Shown here one piece after another: positions 51,179 to 52,658 of a stretch of DNA of 52,658 nucleotides. Position 1 is the first letter of the stretch, and each line of letters opens with the position of its first letter. A program made the position numbers and the translations under genes. The stretch spans positions 1-52,658 of IMG/VR virus record IMGVR_UViG_3300022866_000011. One strand, 5' to 3'. The notes beneath the pieces are model-generated. The model was not told the origin of the DNA, did no database searches, and saw only the letters and a list, made by a program, of their open reading frames with translations. Source of the DNA: a virus. Lineage: Duplodnaviria > Caudoviricetes.

Positions 51179-51420
51179 AAACCAAACCCCTCTTTCTCCA
51201 CACCCTGAACGGCAAGCCGGCCAACTACGAAAAAGGCGGTCAGATCAACATAATCGGAAAATATAGCCGGTGCACCAGTGGTCTCGCCACCTCACACAAG
51301 CAGATACGACGCGAACAAAAGGCATCTCGCACTTGGCGCCGTGCTCAAAAATGGTTCACCCCACGAGACGAAACCTCTGTCCGATACGATCACGTTAAAG
51401 TCTACGTGCCAGCGCCATAA
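51175..51420 (+). CDS. hypothetical basic protein (81 aa)
   Basis: GTG start overlapping the restored MazG stop (GTGA); GGAG upstream. Confidence 0.6.
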   Translation: MKTKPLFLHTLNGKPANYEKGGQINIIGKYSRCTSGLATSHKQIRREQKASRTWRRAQKWFTPRDETSVRYDHVKVYVPAP

Positions 51421-51430
51421 CCAGTTCCGT

Positions 51431-52027
51431 CTAGCCCTCCGCTTCCCGCTCCACCCGCCGCTCCCGGCACAACCGCTCGGCCAACCCCCGAGACACGCCA
51501 AGCGCAACCGCACTCTTCCTGACGGTCACCTCACGGTCGACCACCTCGCGCCAGTTCTCCGGCACCGCCTTCTTTGGCCGGCCCAGAACCCGCCCCTTCG
51601 CCTTAGCGACAGCCAAACCAGCCTTTGTCCGGTCCGATATCATCGAACGCTCGAACTCGGCCACGGCCATCAGCACATGCAACTGCAGACGGCCGGCAGG
51701 ATTGGACGAGCTCGTATCAATCCCCTGCCCCGGACACACCAGGGCAACGCCATTGCCGTCCAGCTCCATAACCACCTGCATCAAATGCGGCAGGCTACGA
51801 CCAAGCCGGTCCAATTTAAACACCACCACGGCACGAACAGAGCGCTTGCGGACCATTTTCATCAACCGATCGAGACCCTCCCGGGAACTACTCGCCCCAG
51901 AAATCTTGTCCTCGATTCGCGCCTTTACCTCCCAACCCTTCGCATCGCAATAGCGCTCCAGCTCCCCAAGCTGGCTATCAACACTCTGGTCACTCGTGGA
52001 GACTCGTAAATATAGGGCTACTTTCAT
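51431..52027 (-). CDS. serine recombinase (resolvase/invertase family)
   Basis: YLRVSTSDQ, SGA, KLDRLGRS, AVAEFER, GRP plus C-terminal HTH; 198 aa. Confidence 0.95.
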   Translation of the reverse strand: MKVALYLRVSTSDQSVDSQLGELERYCDAKGWEVKARIEDKISGASSSREGLDRLMKMVRKRSVRAVVVFKLDRLGRSLPHLMQVVMELDGNGVALVCPGQGIDTSSSNPAGRLQLHVLMAVAEFERSMISDRTKAGLAVAKAKGRVLGRPKKAVPENWREVVDREVTVRKSAVALGVSRGLAERLCRERRVEREAEG

Positions 52028-52488
52028 GACTCCGCCTCCCTCTCCTCGAACTCGCCAGCCATCGCATCGGCCACATGCCCATGGTCGATTTCCTCTTCGT
52101 AGGCCAACAGGTAGCGATCACAAACCACGGTCATGAGCATCTCAGTGCTTATGTCCAAATCTTCATCCTCAACCTGAGCCCAAAGCTCTCGAATACGTTC
52201 ATTCACCACATCCTCCAATTGATCGCGCAACCGGTCCATAGGGTAATGCTGCCAACCCTCCGGCACATCCAACGGCAGATTATCATCCGTCTCGCCACCG
52301 GACGTCACCCACCCAGGAGGATGGAACACCGTCGACCCAGCCATGCACACCGGACGCTCAGACCACGCAATCCGTGCCCAACAAACGCCATAGTCACCAA
52401 TAATCTCAGTCCCGTCCTTCGGCGCACTCTCCATCGGCTCCCATTTGCCATGCGGAACAAGCACCACATCACTGTTACCACCGCTCAC
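52024..52488 (-). CDS. DUF551-like hypothetical protein
   Basis: WEPMESAPKDGTEIIG...PEGWQHYP. Confidence 0.65.
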   Translation of the reverse strand: MSGGNSDVVLVPHGKWEPMESAPKDGTEIIGDYGVCWARIAWSERPVCMAGSTVFHPPGWVTSGGETDDNLPLDVPEGWQHYPMDRLRDQLEDVVNERIRELWAQVEDEDLDISTEMLMTVVCDRYLLAYEEEIDHGHVADAMAGEFEEREAES

Positions 52489-52658
52489 GACGACACCCCC
52501 TTTGCTTTCTCCGTAAGCGGTTTATTACTCTGCGACTTCAGCCACTTCTCATACAAAATCACTCCCATCGTCCTCGCCAAATTATTCCTAGCCGATCCTC
52601 CTGTCTCGACGCCAAAATAGATGTTCCTTCCCTTTTTCGTATTCGATTTTTTTTCCTG
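52485..52658 (-). CDS. 3' end of a gene entering from beyond the window
   Basis: Frame open for 58 codons from the window edge to a TGA that overlaps the next GTG. Confidence 0.45.
   Translation of the reverse strand, partial: QEKKSNTKKGRNIYFGVETGGSARNNLARTMGVILYEKWLKSQSNKPLTEKAKGVSS

Noticed and set aside
1-52658. Window as a complete circular genome
   Set aside because: No terminal repeat seen, and joining the ends puts the ORF starting at 70 out of frame with the open frame ending at 52485

Overview
The window is almost entirely a temperate, probably short-tailed (podo-like) dsDNA bacteriophage; a Verrucomicrobia/PVC host is a weak inference only. Left to right it carries: small minus-strand accessory genes separated by integron attC-like hairpins (1-2.6 kb); a replication/recombination module (DnaC-like ATPase, initiator-like protein, VRR-NUC, RecE-like exonuclease, RecT; 3.5-9.7 kb); a lysogeny module (excisionase-like HTH, RHH protein, tyrosine integrase, XRE repressor); a structured intergenic region; a lysis-like lipoprotein/membrane cluster with no recognisable endolysin; tail/adaptor genes; an N4-gp56-like major capsid and scaffold; an oppositely oriented insert (repeat protein, Ser/Thr-rich protein, glycosyltransferase); three atypical tRNAs; portal; a 4370-aa polyvalent virion protein (ParB-like, ddrB-ParB, ADP-ribosyltransferase, sigma-70-like, kinase and adenine-methyltransferase domains joined by a recurring L-x-S-G-R-S linker); terminase; accessory genes with a frameshifted MazG; and a serine recombinase. 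The best candidates for novelty are (1) the phage-borne attC-like cassette array with antisense genes whose stop and start codons lie inside the hairpins, (2) a sigma-factor domain inside a probably injected, possibly processed polyprotein, and (3) a 34-bp tandem GTTGA-N7-TCAAC element at six operon boundaries. All calls come from reading motifs by eye; no searches were run.
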